DNA of 64,000 nt from Camelus ferus (lineage: Eukaryota): NCBI RefSeq assembly GCF_009834535.1, contig NC_045704.1, positions 9,300,001 through 9,364,000 of the forward strand. The letters run 5' to 3'. Each line of letters opens with the position of its first letter. Within the stretch, counting starts at the first letter, position 1. Shown here in pieces: positions 44,133 through 59,402 of the stretch. The notes below the pieces were generated by a model. The model was given only the letters and a program-made list of their open reading frames with translations, was not told the origin of the DNA and did not search any database. The position numbers and the translations under genes are program-made.

Positions 44133-47100
44133 ACAGTAGACTGGTCGGATCCGGGCCTGGGATCCTGGGCTCCTTGCCTGTCTCCAAACCACATGCACAT
44201 GTTATTTTCATAATGAAAGACTTTGAAGAACAGATTTTATTCCAGCAAATGACTACAAGAGAAACAAAGGGAGATTTTTAAAATTCCTGGACAGGGCAGG
44301 AACAGCCTGGAGGGGGAATGCAGAAGAGGACACAGGATATTCACAGAACTCATGCAGACGGAGAGCCACGGGCATTAGCGCGTGCTGATTTATCCTCAAC
44401 GTGCTCTGAAAACCACGACATTGCTCTATGTGCAGACATAGTTACAGACATGGGGAGACGTTTGTGATAAGAAACCATTCATTCATGCAAGGAAGCTTTG
44501 TGGGCTTGTCCTGGCTGGCCCTATCATGAGCTTTTTGCACATTTAATCTTCTCAACAGCCTTGGGAAGTAGCATCTATTGATACGCACATACCACAGCCA
44601 CAGAGGTTGAGGAGTTTGCCCAAGGTGGCACAGCCAAGGAGTGATGGAGCCCTGATGTATGTGTGCAGAAGGAAATATAATCAAGGCCAGCCCCACCCAT
44701 GAACAGAGCATGTCTCAGCCCTGAGTCTCCTGGAGTCCCCAGTGCTCTGAGTGACCTTGCACGGGGCAGCTGCCAAGGGCATGCCCTACATGCACTCTGC
44801 AAACATTACCTGGGCTAGCACTGGAGACACTGCAGCAAACCAAACCAAGATCCCTGCTTTGCGGAGCCCTGAAGATCAGGCACTTGTAACAACCCTGTTT
44901 CACGTATAGGAAAACTGAGTCACGAGGAGACTAGTGACCCACCCACATGCCCACAGCTAGGAACTGGCAGTACTGGAATTGGAATTGAGGCGCATCTCTC
45001 AAACAGCCTGGCCACTAGCCCAGAGGGGGATGTTGTGGGTGGTGGGGGCCTCCCAACACGTGCCTGTCTCCCCACTGCCTCCTGGCCCCATTGTTTATGG
45101 TAAGAAGTCGGCAGTAACTCTTATTGTAGTCCCTTTTCCTCTTGCTGCTTCCCAGATTTTCCCTGTCCTCTGTGTTCAGCATCTTTATGATGTGTCTGAG
45201 TATTGCATGAGTTTAAAAAAATCTCACTTTAACTTTTCCTGTTTATCTCTGTTTTCCCAATTTCCATGCCAAAACACATCAGTTGTGAGAAGAAAAGTTA
45301 GAATAGATGGTCCATATGAAACACCCCTTACACCAGGCTCTCCTTCCCTGGGGGGAGATGGGACATTGGGGCCTCGAGTTCCTGCAGCACTAGGGACTCC
45401 CAACAGGAGGAACTTCTCCCTCTCCCTGGCCACCTCCTGGTTCCACATCACTATCCAGACCCTTGGTATGGCCTCCCCAGCCCAGCCACCCACCATGGAC
45501 TGGCCACCCACAAGGACAGAGGCCTACTGGCTGAGCGAGGACATTATGGATGAGGAAACTGAGGCCACAGAGGGCGGATTCAAATACTTATCTTGGGGGT
45601 CCATGTGGGCTGAGGGCCTGAAGAGCAGGGTTCCGGGCAGACCAGGGAAGGGACACCCTCCGTCCACCAGCTCCCACATGGATGAGCAAATGCTCAGGGC
45701 TGTGTGAGCCTCACGTACTGAGCATCCGGTATGCTGGGGCGCAGGGTTAAGTCCCAGCTCACCAGCACTTACTTGATGGACATCAGCGCTATGGAGAAAA
45801 ACGAAGCCGGGTCGGGGAGGACTTTGTGTGGTCAGGAGAGACCTCATTGTCTCATTTTGACATCTGACAACAGCACGAGGCCCGGCCTCACTTCAGGGAA
45901 GCACCTTGCCGGCAGAGGAACAGCAAGTGCAAACAGTGGAGGAACAAGGGGCAGCTATCTGAGTGGAAAGTGGAGGTGGGCCCTGCCGGCCAGGGCCAGG
46001 GGCTGCCTTTCCCTCGTGGGAACCATGCAGGACTTTGAGCCCGTGTTGTCGCCAGGCTTAGCTCCAGAACAGACCCCCGTGGGGCAGGGGTAGACTGCTG
46101 TGACGGCCCAGGCGAGACAGAGGGCTTGGCAGGGAGGGACTAGGTTCATGCCCACTGAGCAGGGAACAGTGGCAGGGGCCGGACGACCCCGACCCCAATG
46201 CTGGATCCTTGGCCCCTGGCATAGAGGCTGGCACATGGTAGGTGCACAGGAAACACATCAGCAGTGATGGGGGTGACCTTTACCCATGTGAGCCTCAGTC
46301 TCTACACCTGGTGGGGATGACATCTGCTTCCTGGGGTACTTGGATGAGAAACGGTCACTCCACAACTGTTACATGAGTCCACGTATATACACGTATACAC
46401 ACACATGTGCCACAGGTCCACCTGAACACAGAGACGCAGTCTGGCTTCTCATGGCACTTACACTACACCAATAGCTCATCACCGCACACCACACGCAGGA
46501 TGTTCCCTCTGCGCTTAACCCACTTAATTCTGACAAGATGCAGAGGTCTGGTTACTTGCCCAAGGCCACACAGCTAGCAACTGAGCTGGTGGAAGGACCC
46601 AGGCAGGTGTCCAGTGGCAGTGCCTGTGTCCCTAGTCGCAGCTATAATAACTCCACAAAGGGAGCAGGCAAAGGGTCAGAGAATCTACTTTAGACCTCCC
46701 AGCAGACAGCTATGCAAGGAACAAGAGGCACCCAGGGGTGTGCGGAGCTGGAGGCCACGCTACAGAGTGGAATCAGAGGAGGGGAGGTTGGGCTGGAAGC
46801 AGTGGGGAGGTTGGTCACCTGCTGAGACCACTGAGCAGGTGAGGGACAGGCCAGTGGGATGGGGCGCTCACACTCAGTGCAGCAGGAGGCGGAAAGAGTT
46901 GGCCAGCCTGGTTCTTCCACAAGAACAAGCTGTTTTTAATGATTTGGCTGCAAACAGGAAGCCTGGGGCTGCCACCTTCCTCCTAGGCATCCAGTGCAAC
47001 TTCAGTGGCACCCAAGGGCTGCTCCTTTTCCAGGTAGGTAGAGATGGGCACTCTGGGCCCAGAAGCATAAGCCACAGAATGGGGGCCTTGAAGGCTCTTT

Positions 47101-47836
47101 GCCCCTTACCAAGTCCAAAAGTCCCCCTTACTTCACTCCTGCAGGGCCCCCCCTCCTAAAGTTGTGAGCTGCCCCAGGACCAGGGCGGGGAGAACCAGCC
47201 TGCGCCCTTCAGGCTGGAAAATGCCTGCTCCTCTCCCTAGTCCTTATTGGGGTTTTCAGGCCATCCCAGTAGAAAAAAATTGCCTACAGCTGGGGTCTGG
47301 CACAGCTGGTAAACGCTTCCACCTTCACAGACCACAGCGCCAACACTGCTGCGACGACTAGGCCACAAAACCATACAAACCTAACCCTAACCCTACCCCT
47401 AGGTGGGAGGTGGGCTGAGCCTGGGTCTGGATGCCCACCCCCTAGGAGATTTAGATTAAATGTTTAAAGATCAAAAACTTCCACTTAAGGTCTCTCTTGA
47501 AGCTTTGTCATGCATTAGCAGGGTGTGGGGTTATGATGATTCCTCCGACATATTCAATATTACTCTACACCAATCACCAGCCCTGAGACTGGCAGGAACA
47601 CTGGATCTAGGACACACACAAAAGCTGGGGCTCCGCTCCTCCACCTGGACCTGGTCCCTCCAGACCCAAGGCACTGTGACAACCCGTGTGGTGCCAGGGG
47701 ATGGGTGAGACCCCCGGGGACAAGCTGACACTCTAGTTCTGGAAACATGGCCTGGGTCAGAGCCCTGAGGCCGCGAGGAAGGCAAGGAGGTTGAGAAAAG
47801 TTGGCTGACATCTTTATTGCTCTGGGAAGGGGCTGC

Positions 47837-50176
<2,340 letters not shown>

Positions 50177-50378
50177 CTACGGTCGCGGGGTTGAACTTAG
50201 GCGGCCGAGACTAACTACGGCAGACCAGAAGGTGAGAAGCCACAACGACCTAAGGCGACGGGGCAGGAGGATAGCCAAGAAGGCAAGAGGCGCAGCGAGA
50301 AAGGCCAGGCAGGGACACAGACGCCCGGCGGCCGGCACGAGACGCAGCCACGCGGACAGACGAAGGGCCGCGACTAAC

Positions 50379-50470
50379 CTCCTCACTTCTCGGTGGCCGG
50401 AGACGGAAAGAGGCACGGCGGGGGCGGGGCGATGCTTTTAATATAGACACGCATTTCCGCTTCCTCTCCG
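50379..50470 (-). promoter_or_regulatory. RPL28: RPL28 5'-TOP non-coding exon 1 and core promoter
   Basis: Minus strand reads CTCTTTCCGTCTCC from ~50412, with donor gag|GTTAGT at 50378. TATATTAAA lies ~30 bp upstream, and a tandem ETS/GABP-like GGAAGCGGAAA sits near 50455-50465. Confidence 0.8.
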
Positions 50471-51354
50471 GGCACGCGCGTGCCGTCGCCTTTCCCCGCC
50501 TGCTTCCGCCCGCCGGCGAGGCAGCTCGGCAACATTCGGTTATTTCCGCCAGCCAGTCGTAAAACGGTCGAGAACCTTCGGAATTCTTCGGCTAGGGACC
50601 CGAGGGCGTGTTCTCGACCCGGAGGGGCACCGTTCCGAGGGCTCTTCGTGTGTTTTCGGAACTCCACGGCTGGATTTCCGAGTGGGTCCAGCTCTAGCGG
50701 CCCCAAGTTCCCTTCCTCAACGGCCTTTCTCCAATATTACCACCCAGTGCTTGGCACAAGATGAGGGTTCAATAAACATTTTTTTTTGTGAATGAATGTG
50801 TGAGAGCGTGAACTATTTAAACCTAGCTACAGAGTCTTCGGGGGCCTCCAGTCTTCGTAGGCCCTCAGCTATTCCAGACGAAAGCGGCGGGCCCGTTCGG
50901 GCATTTTCGGAACTCTTCGGAATCTCGCTTCAAAGTGGTGGCAGCCTTCCCCTTATTGGTCCATGCCTGCTTCGGATCTGTTCGGAAACACTCGGTCTCC
51001 CTTCAGCCACGTTCGGAACCCTTCGGCTTACCCCGGGACCCCCCACTTTCAATTCGCCCTCCCCAGGGTCCTCTTAAAATAAACTCAACTATTTAGACTC
51101 TAGAGAAAAGTTGGACCGAACCTTCTCGCTGATGGCCACCCCAGGGGAGCATGGATTTCCTCTAAGGGCGAGTTGTATTTGGAGGAAGAGAGATTTGCCT
51201 GGGAAAGCTCTCGGATTCTTGAGGGGTTCCATACCTGTTCGCCCAGCCGCTTCCTTGTGCCCCGCGACCTCCAGCCCCATTATCCCTCCCCGCACCAGTC
51301 CGCCCTATGTCACACCCGTTACACTTTATAGAAGTTAATTTCAGGCCATCTTTT

Positions 51355-51487
51355 TGTTTCCTCTTTCCTTTGGGGGGGGTGGTAATTAGGTTTATTTATT
51401 TATTCTTAGAGGAGGTTCTAGGGATTGAACCCAGGACCTCATGCATGCTAAGCATGCACTATACCACTTGAGCTACACCCTCCCCCC
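51355..51487 (-). mobile_element. tRNA-Ala-derived camelid-type SINE (vic-1-like)
   Basis: Reverse-complement tRNA head (gggtgtagctcaagtggtatagtgcatgcttagcatg...). TSD-like aattt..ggccatcttt on both flanks. Confidence 0.85.
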
Positions 51488-52381
51488 AATTTGGGGCCAT
51501 CTTTAATGGGCAGGAACCATGCTGAACTATCCTCAGCCTCACCATCACAGGGCTGGGCGAGACTCCAAGTGAACAAAAGGAATGATAGTCTTTTATGTCA
51601 CCTCCATTAGTGAGCCTCAACTTGTGATTATGTCTGGGAGCTCGTTGAGGGCAGGGGCCTTGTCTGTGCCCCTGGACTTCGCCGATGAAGAATCCTAACA
51701 GTCCAGAGGCCCCAGGAGGAGCCTACCGAGAAACAGCAATGTTGGGGTTTGCCCTGCTGCCACCTCTAGAGTGCCTTGAATCTGATGGTGGCGGCAGAGT
51801 TCCTGTGAGTCCGATCCACCTTTGTCCCTTGGACATACAGGAAGCCCCAGGAGGCAGGCAATGAGTGAGAGAAATGTCAGCTCCGCAGAGCCGTTTCCTC
51901 CCCTAGGGCACTCCGACTGCTGATTCTCTGCCTCCTGGGGCTCCTTGGAGTCTGGGGCCTTCTCTGATCCTTGTTTATGACCGCACCTGTCCCCACCGTA
52001 GGCTCTGGTGCATAGGAAGCGCCTGGAGGCGGCAATGAACAGAAACATGGCCGGGGCTCCTGCAGAGCCTTACGCTGTCTCCATTAAAGCACCCTGAATT
52101 TTGACCACGCAGTGCTTCGCGCTCCTTGGGATGCAGGGGTCCTGGGCCACCCTAATCTGTGCGCCCATCTGCCTTCAGCATAGGCTTCTGAAGGCCAGAT
52201 CTTGCCTAGAAAACACGGCCAGGGCGCCCCCGGGCCGCGCCCGCCGCACCCAGCTCAGCTCAGGTGACCAGGCGGGCGCCGGGCACACCTGGCGCAGTCC
52301 CCTGACCCCGCCCCGGGCCGGGCCGCACCCGGAACGCGGAACGCTCTCGGTCGGAGCCAGCCGCGGCCGCGGAGCAGGGCC

Positions 52382-52918
52382 ATGGCGGCGGCGCCGGCGG
52401 TGTGCGCCTCGCAGGGGCCCCCGCCCGGCGCACCGTCCACGCCGGCGGGCGCGCCAGTGCCGGCGTCCGGCCTGGGCCGCTGCCGGATGGCGCTGCTTCT
52501 GGCCGTGGNNNNNNNNNNNNNNNNNNNNNNNNNNNNNNNNNNNNNNNNNNNNNNNNNNNNNNNNNNNNNNNNNNNNNNNNNNNNNNNNNNNNNNNNNNNN
52601 NNNNNNNNNNNNNNNNNNNNNNNNNNNNNNNNNNNNNNNNNNNNNNNNNNNNNNNNNNNNNNNNNNNNNNNNNNNNNNNNNNNNNNNNNNNNNNNNNNNN
52701 NNNNNNNNNNNNNNNNNNNNCGCCTGGCGCGAAAACTCTCCCGCCGCTGGTCGGCGCCGGCTTCCTCCTCCGCCGGCAGGCGCGGCGCGCCTGGCTCCCG
52801 GGGAGCGCGCCGCGCCGCCCGCACGCCCCCGCCGCCCTCCGCCGGCTCCCGCCGCGTGCGCCTGCAGCTCGCCACGCTCGAGGCCGGGCCTGGGGCGGCG
52901 GGTGCTGGCGCCGAGTGA
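52382..52918 (+). CDS. TMEM238: Transmembrane protein 238 (single coding exon; TM core hidden by N gap 52509-52720)
   Basis: MAAAPAVCASQG...LGRCRMALLLAV-[gap]-RLARKLSRRWSAP...RRVRLQLATLEAGPGAAGAGAE matches human TMEM238. Donor at 52926 just after the stop; candidate 3' UTR exon from 54913. Confidence 0.92.
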   Translation: MAAAPAVCASQGPPPGAPSTPAGAPVPASGLGRCRMALLLAVXXXXXXXXXXXXXXXXXXXXXXXXXXXXXXXXXXXXXXXXXXXXXXXXXXXXXXXXXXXXXXXXXXXXXXXRLARKLSRRWSAPASSSAGRRGAPGSRGARRAARTPPPPSAGSRRVRLQLATLEAGPGAAGAGAE

Positions 52919-53864
52919 GCCCGAGGTGAGGGGCGGGGAGGCGAGGCGGGGCGGAGGGGAAACGGAGAGCCAGAAGAGAGGGAGAGACAGAAGGAGAACT
53001 GGAGAGAGAGTGGGAGAGGGTGAAGGACAGAGGGGGGCACATGGAGAGACATCGAGGAGAGAGGGAAAGGTGGAGAGAGGCAGAGGGACAACGGTAGAGG
53101 GCAAGACTGGAAAGGAGAAGAGCAGAGAGCCAGAGGATGAAGACCCAGAGACGCAGACAAAGGTGCAGACTTGGGAGAGACAGATAAGACGCTGCCCCCA
53201 CAAATGAGGGCTGGAGAGTCACCATTAGCTCCTCTAACACTTGGACATTTGTTCCTGTGCACCAGTCCCCAGGTGCACCAGGTCCCATTTCCCATTTAAT
53301 CCTCTCATTGAGTCTCTGAGGTCACTACTGTGACTATCCCCATCCCGGGGCCGACACTGAGGCCCCAACAGGTGCCATGTCTTCTTCAAGGGGAGCTACC
53401 TCTTGTGCTCTCCAAAGTGTACTCCTCTGTCACTCCCTCTTGCCTTTTGGCCGACTCCAAGCCACTTACTATGTGTACCCCCCACATTTCAGTGCCCCTC
53501 ATCTCCTGCCTTCTCTGCAGTTATTACAGCATCCCTCAGTCCACGGATGGCCAGGCTGTCTCATGCCAGCTGGCCTCCGTCCATGCCTTCACCTACACCA
53601 GGAGTGCCCTTGTTGTCTGTACTCCACATGGAAAACTTCCCATGTGTCTTTTAAGATCCAACTCTATTTCAATGTCTTTCTCTGGGTCTTCACATTGTCT
53701 GAGTTACCTCTGTTATTGCTTCTGTCACCGTGTGTTTTATCTGTGTGCTGATACTGTCTCTCCCACACAACAGGGAGCCCCCTTAGGGTAAGACCTGGGT
53801 CTCTGGTGTCTTTGTTCTTAGCATTCCCCAGCAAAGAGTGAACTTTGCTGGGGAATGCTAAGGT

Positions 53865-54160
53865 GGGTGGATGGATTGGGTGGGTGGATAGAGGGATAAA
53901 TGGATGAATTGTTGATGGATAAATAGGTGGTGGATGGCTGGATGTGGTTGGATTGATGGATAGATGAGTGACACATGGATAGATGAATTGGTTGATGAAT
54001 GGATGGGTGAATGGATATGGTGGGATGGATGACGGATGGCAGATGGGTGAATGGGTGGTTGGATGGATGTTTGGGCCTATGGGTAGGTAGATAGATGAGA
54101 GGACAGTTGGGTTGGCTGGTGGTTGGATGGATAAGTAGAACAATGGATGGATGAGTGACG
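53865..54160. repeat. Degenerate (GGAT)n microsatellite
   Basis: Run of ggatggatggatgg/ggatgaat in the TMEM238 intron. Confidence 0.8.
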
Positions 54161-55965
54161 GAATCATTTTCTCAAATGGGAGTTCCACACAAAGATTAAA
54201 TCCTAATATCCAAAGCCGTTCTCTGTAGGTGATGAATTAACTTCCCTCCTATGCATCCAGAATGAATCTAGCTGTATACCCTTCTTTGTGAGACTTCAGA
54301 AAATAGTAACTCCAGTCATTTGTTAGGCTCTGTGATTCGGACGAGGCAACAGTTTAAGATGAACAAATGTATGCATAGATGAAGCATGAGCTAACACAAA
54401 ATTTGCCATACCATGCAGAAAGAACCACCTGTGATTAAAATTACCCCTGAAAGCCCTTTACCTTGTCCAAAAGTCTAACACAGCTGGATGGAACTACCTG
54501 CCAGAAACTGGCCAAGCCAACTGGCCGGTGGGCCACTCCTAAAAGAAAAAGATGCCTGTCCAAACACAGGACTCCAGTCTTCTCCGTCTTCCAAGTCTTT
54601 TTTTATCTTTGTGCCTCTGTCTTTCCCTTGATATATTTCTGTCTGTCCCTCTCTCTTTGCTGTATATGAGTCTCTCCCTCTCTCTGCCTCTCCCTGCCTC
54701 TCCTTCCCCACCTGTACCACTGGATTCCAGTGAGTTAAAGCTACACTGGCTGCAGCAAATCAGGGCGTGGAGGAATGAAGGAGCATATAGGCAAGTGTAG
54801 GAGTCAATTGTGAGGGTCTGAGGTGGGAGAAAAGGGCTCCTTCCCCCTGGGTGGTAGCCCTGGGATGCCTGGCTACAAGCATCCACCACTAACCCCACCC
54901 TCCCTCCTGCAGGTGAACACATGGCCCCACCTGTCAGGGCCCAGCTGGCTGAGGTGTGCAGCTGTCCCCAACATCTTCTGGCCGGATGCCTACCTGCCCT
55001 CACTCTATCCTCTGGATAAACAGCTCTGCCTCACAGCACTGCATGTCTGTCTGGGGAGGGACGGTGCTGGGGCAGGGGTTGGGCGAAGGGCCACCCAAAC
55101 CCTCCAGGACCTAGGAGCCCAGCTTCATGCTACCCCCTCACCCAGGAGGGACAGGAGTGGGGGTAAGGATCTCAAGGCCAGACCCACCCCCTCAATCCAG
55201 GCCTCCCTCAGCCCAGGCTTCTCTGTTAGTTTTGGGCCCACTGAGAAGCAGACAGAGAGGCAAAATTAGACTTGCAAAATTCACTTTATTTATTTATTGG
55301 GGGCAGTACTTATGGAGGATAGGTTAGGGAGGGTCTGTCACCTGAGAAACGACAGAGGGATGGTAAGGGGTGTGAGCAGGATGGGTGTTGAACTGTAATG
55401 AACTTCCAAGAAAATTTCTGCCCAGTCACAGGGGAATCTGAGAGCCACCACTGTCAGGCATTGGTGGGAAGTAAGGCCAATGATGGCAGAGGGCGATAGG
55501 GTCCCAAGGGCAGGCAGCAGAGGCTGTCAGGCAGTGGTAGAAGGAGAGCTGTGGGACACAGCTGAACATGACCCCCAGCCCAGTTCAGACACCCCTCAAC
55601 CAAGCTGGCCCATCATCCCAGGCCACCGCCACTCACCCCATCCCCCAGCCCAGATCCCCATATCCACAGCCCAGGACCTACACTCAACCCAGGCCCCCAC
55701 AATCAGCTCAGAGACCCCCTTATCACCCCAAGTGCCCCTCAGCTTGGCTCCTCCCCACTGAGCCCTGGACCTGTTATTCCAGATGCCCTTCAGCTCACAG
55801 CCTCCATGATCAACCGAGCACCCCCATCAGCACAGGTCCCCCTAAAACACACATACACACACTCCCTGCCTCCGGGTCTCAGCTGCCCCCTGCTTCATGC
55901 TTCTCAGAAAAGAGACCACACATCTGTGTGCTTTATCTGTATTGAGAGGTCCCCCGAGGGTGCAC

Positions 55966-57087
<1,122 letters not shown>

Positions 57088-59317
57088 GTTGCCTCCCCAG
57101 ACTCCTGGGGCTTCTGTGGGGAGAGACCTTGAAGGCCATCACCCCAGCAACCGGTTTGGCCCCGCCCACCTGGCCCCCAATGTTCTAAGTTCTGTTGCCG
57201 GGGAGCCCCGTTAGCATTGGGGAAGAGGGAAGAGGGGTCACACTGGCCTGGTCATGCCTGGTTGCTAGGGGGCTGCTTCATTAGCAACCAGGTGAAGGGG
57301 GCCTTGTGGTGGAGGTGGGGCCCAGGCATTAGAAGAGCTGCCTTAGCACCCTGGGCAGAAAGCAAGTAGCAGTCTAAGGCGTCTGTCTCCTCCTTGCAAT
57401 TGGAGGACCCCAAGGGGTGGGCACCCGGAGACCTTTTTGCCAGGGAATACCTCTGCTTAGTAACCTGATGCCTGCGAGGCAGCTCTAGGTAGCCCAAAGG
57501 CTCCTGAGATCTGGTTGCTGGGGGCCTTCCCTAGCAACCAGGGGCAGGGGCCCTGGGGCTCAGAAGGCCTCACTGAGCCCCATTGTTAGGGAGGCCCCCT
57601 AGCAACCAGAAGACCTAGGAGGGCGATGAGAAAATGGGGCTCATGCCATAGGCCAGAGCACATGCCCAGGGGTCTCTTGGTCCCAAAGGCATCCAGCCCT
57701 CCCCATGGGGAATATGTAATGGAGGGCTGGGCCATGCCGAGATCTGAGCGATCTGAGTGCCAGGGGAGAGTGACTCATGGGCCCAGAGCCCCTTCTCCTA
57801 GTTCAGTCTCACTTTCCTCACCTGCAAACAGGGAAACAGATCCAAGTGGAGGTCCTCAAGCTCCTGGTTTGGTCCCTCGCAGTGGTGGGGTAGGCGGTCA
57901 ATTTGGGGACTGGGTTGGAGACATGAACCCTGGTCCTTCCCTGAACCTGACTCAACTTTTCAGAGTGGGGACGGGGCTCAGCTCCCCTGGGGCAGTGTGT
58001 CTTTGTGTCCAGATCCTGAGTCTGAGAGAAAGGGGAGCTAGGGGTCTGGATACCTGGATTCGAGAGAAGGGGGTTTCTGGTGGTAAGGACTTCCAGGTCT
58101 GAGGCAGGGNNNNNNNNNNNNNNNNNNNNNNNNNNNNNNNNNNNNNNNNNNNNNNNNNNNNNNNNNNNNNNNNNNNNNNNNNNNNNNNNNNNNNNNNNNN
58201 NNNNNNNNNNNNNNNNNNNNNNNNNNNNNNNNNNNNNNAGACTCCTGGTCTGAGGGCAGCTGTCCAGGAGTCCAGACCCCATTTCTCAGGAAGCCCTGTG
58301 AGGCTGACTCCTGTCCTGCCCATCTCCTGTAAACATCCTGGTGGGTGCTGAGTGGGCCCTGGGCTGCCTTCGTCAGAGATGACACAGGTCAGAGGGGGCT
58401 CGGCAGGNNNNNNNNNNNNNNNNNNNNNNNNNNNNNNNNNNNNNNNNNNNNNNNNNNNNNNNNNNNNNNNNNNNNNNNNNNNNNNNNNNNNNNNNNNNNN
58501 NNNNNNNNNNNNNNNNNNNNNNNNNNNNNNNNNNNNNNNNNNNNNNNNNNNNNNNNNNNNNNNGGCTTGGGACTAGGGGGGCCCCCGTCACGGCCCTCAC
58601 CGCTAATGACAGGTTTGGTCTGCCTCTGCGGCCCGCCTGCCCCGTCACCCCCCAGTGGCCAGACAGGACCCCCCAGGGACAGACAGACGGACACACACAG
58701 CCTCGGACCTGCTGACCTCACACCAGCCAGCTCCACCTCACCCAAGGGCCAGCACATGAGCAAGGACCCCCTGGGGTCCCCCGTCATATCCTAGTGGCAT
58801 CTCCCCCACGTCTGTGGCCATTCCTCAGACCCTAGGCTCCATGTCTCCCCCAGTCCTTGCCTCTGAACTTGTCTCTTTGTGTCTCTGTGGGTCCCAACTT
58901 GTTTTGCATCTCTGTCTTCTTCTACCTCTGGTCTCTGTGCTCTTGTGTCTCTGTTTGTCACTATCATCTTCTGTCATTGTGAGTCCCCTACCCTGCCTCT
59001 CCACCTCGGCACCCATGTCTCTGTCTCTCCTTCTTGCTGTCCTTTCCACAGAAGTAGCCCAAGTGTGCCCACCCCTGGAGAAGACCCAGGAATCCAGAGC
59101 AATCCCCCACCCTCCTGCCCCGTACCCACAGCATCTCCCTGGGCCTCTGGCAGCCACACTGGGGGAGGGCTGAGGCAGGACGAGGGGCTTGGCACTAGGC
59201 AGAGCACACTAACCCAGGCCCAAACGCCTGACCCTCCCCAGCCGAGTGCTCCCCAAGTTGCAGAATGAGCACAAGGTTTCTCCACCTTTCTAGAAACTAG
59301 AGTTTAGGGACTAGACA

Positions 59318-59402
59318 CTTGACTCCTGAGTCTGAGGGAGGAGGGGCTGGGGGTCTGGACTCCTGAGTCTGAGGGAGGAGGATCTGGGGTCTTGAAATCC
59401 TG
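59318..59402 (-). repeat. MSR1-like minisatellite (~2.5 units)
   Basis: gactcctgagtctgagggaggaggggctgggggtctg repeated; this is the reverse complement of the MSR1-like unit. Confidence 0.75.

Noticed and set aside
47380-47400. Telomere-like CCTAACCCTAACCCTA
   Set aside because: Only ~2.5 units, which is expected by chance.
52101-53295. 340-370 aa ORFs in several frames around TMEM238
   Set aside because: Inflated by the N run and high GC; only the 52382-52918 frame matches a known protein.
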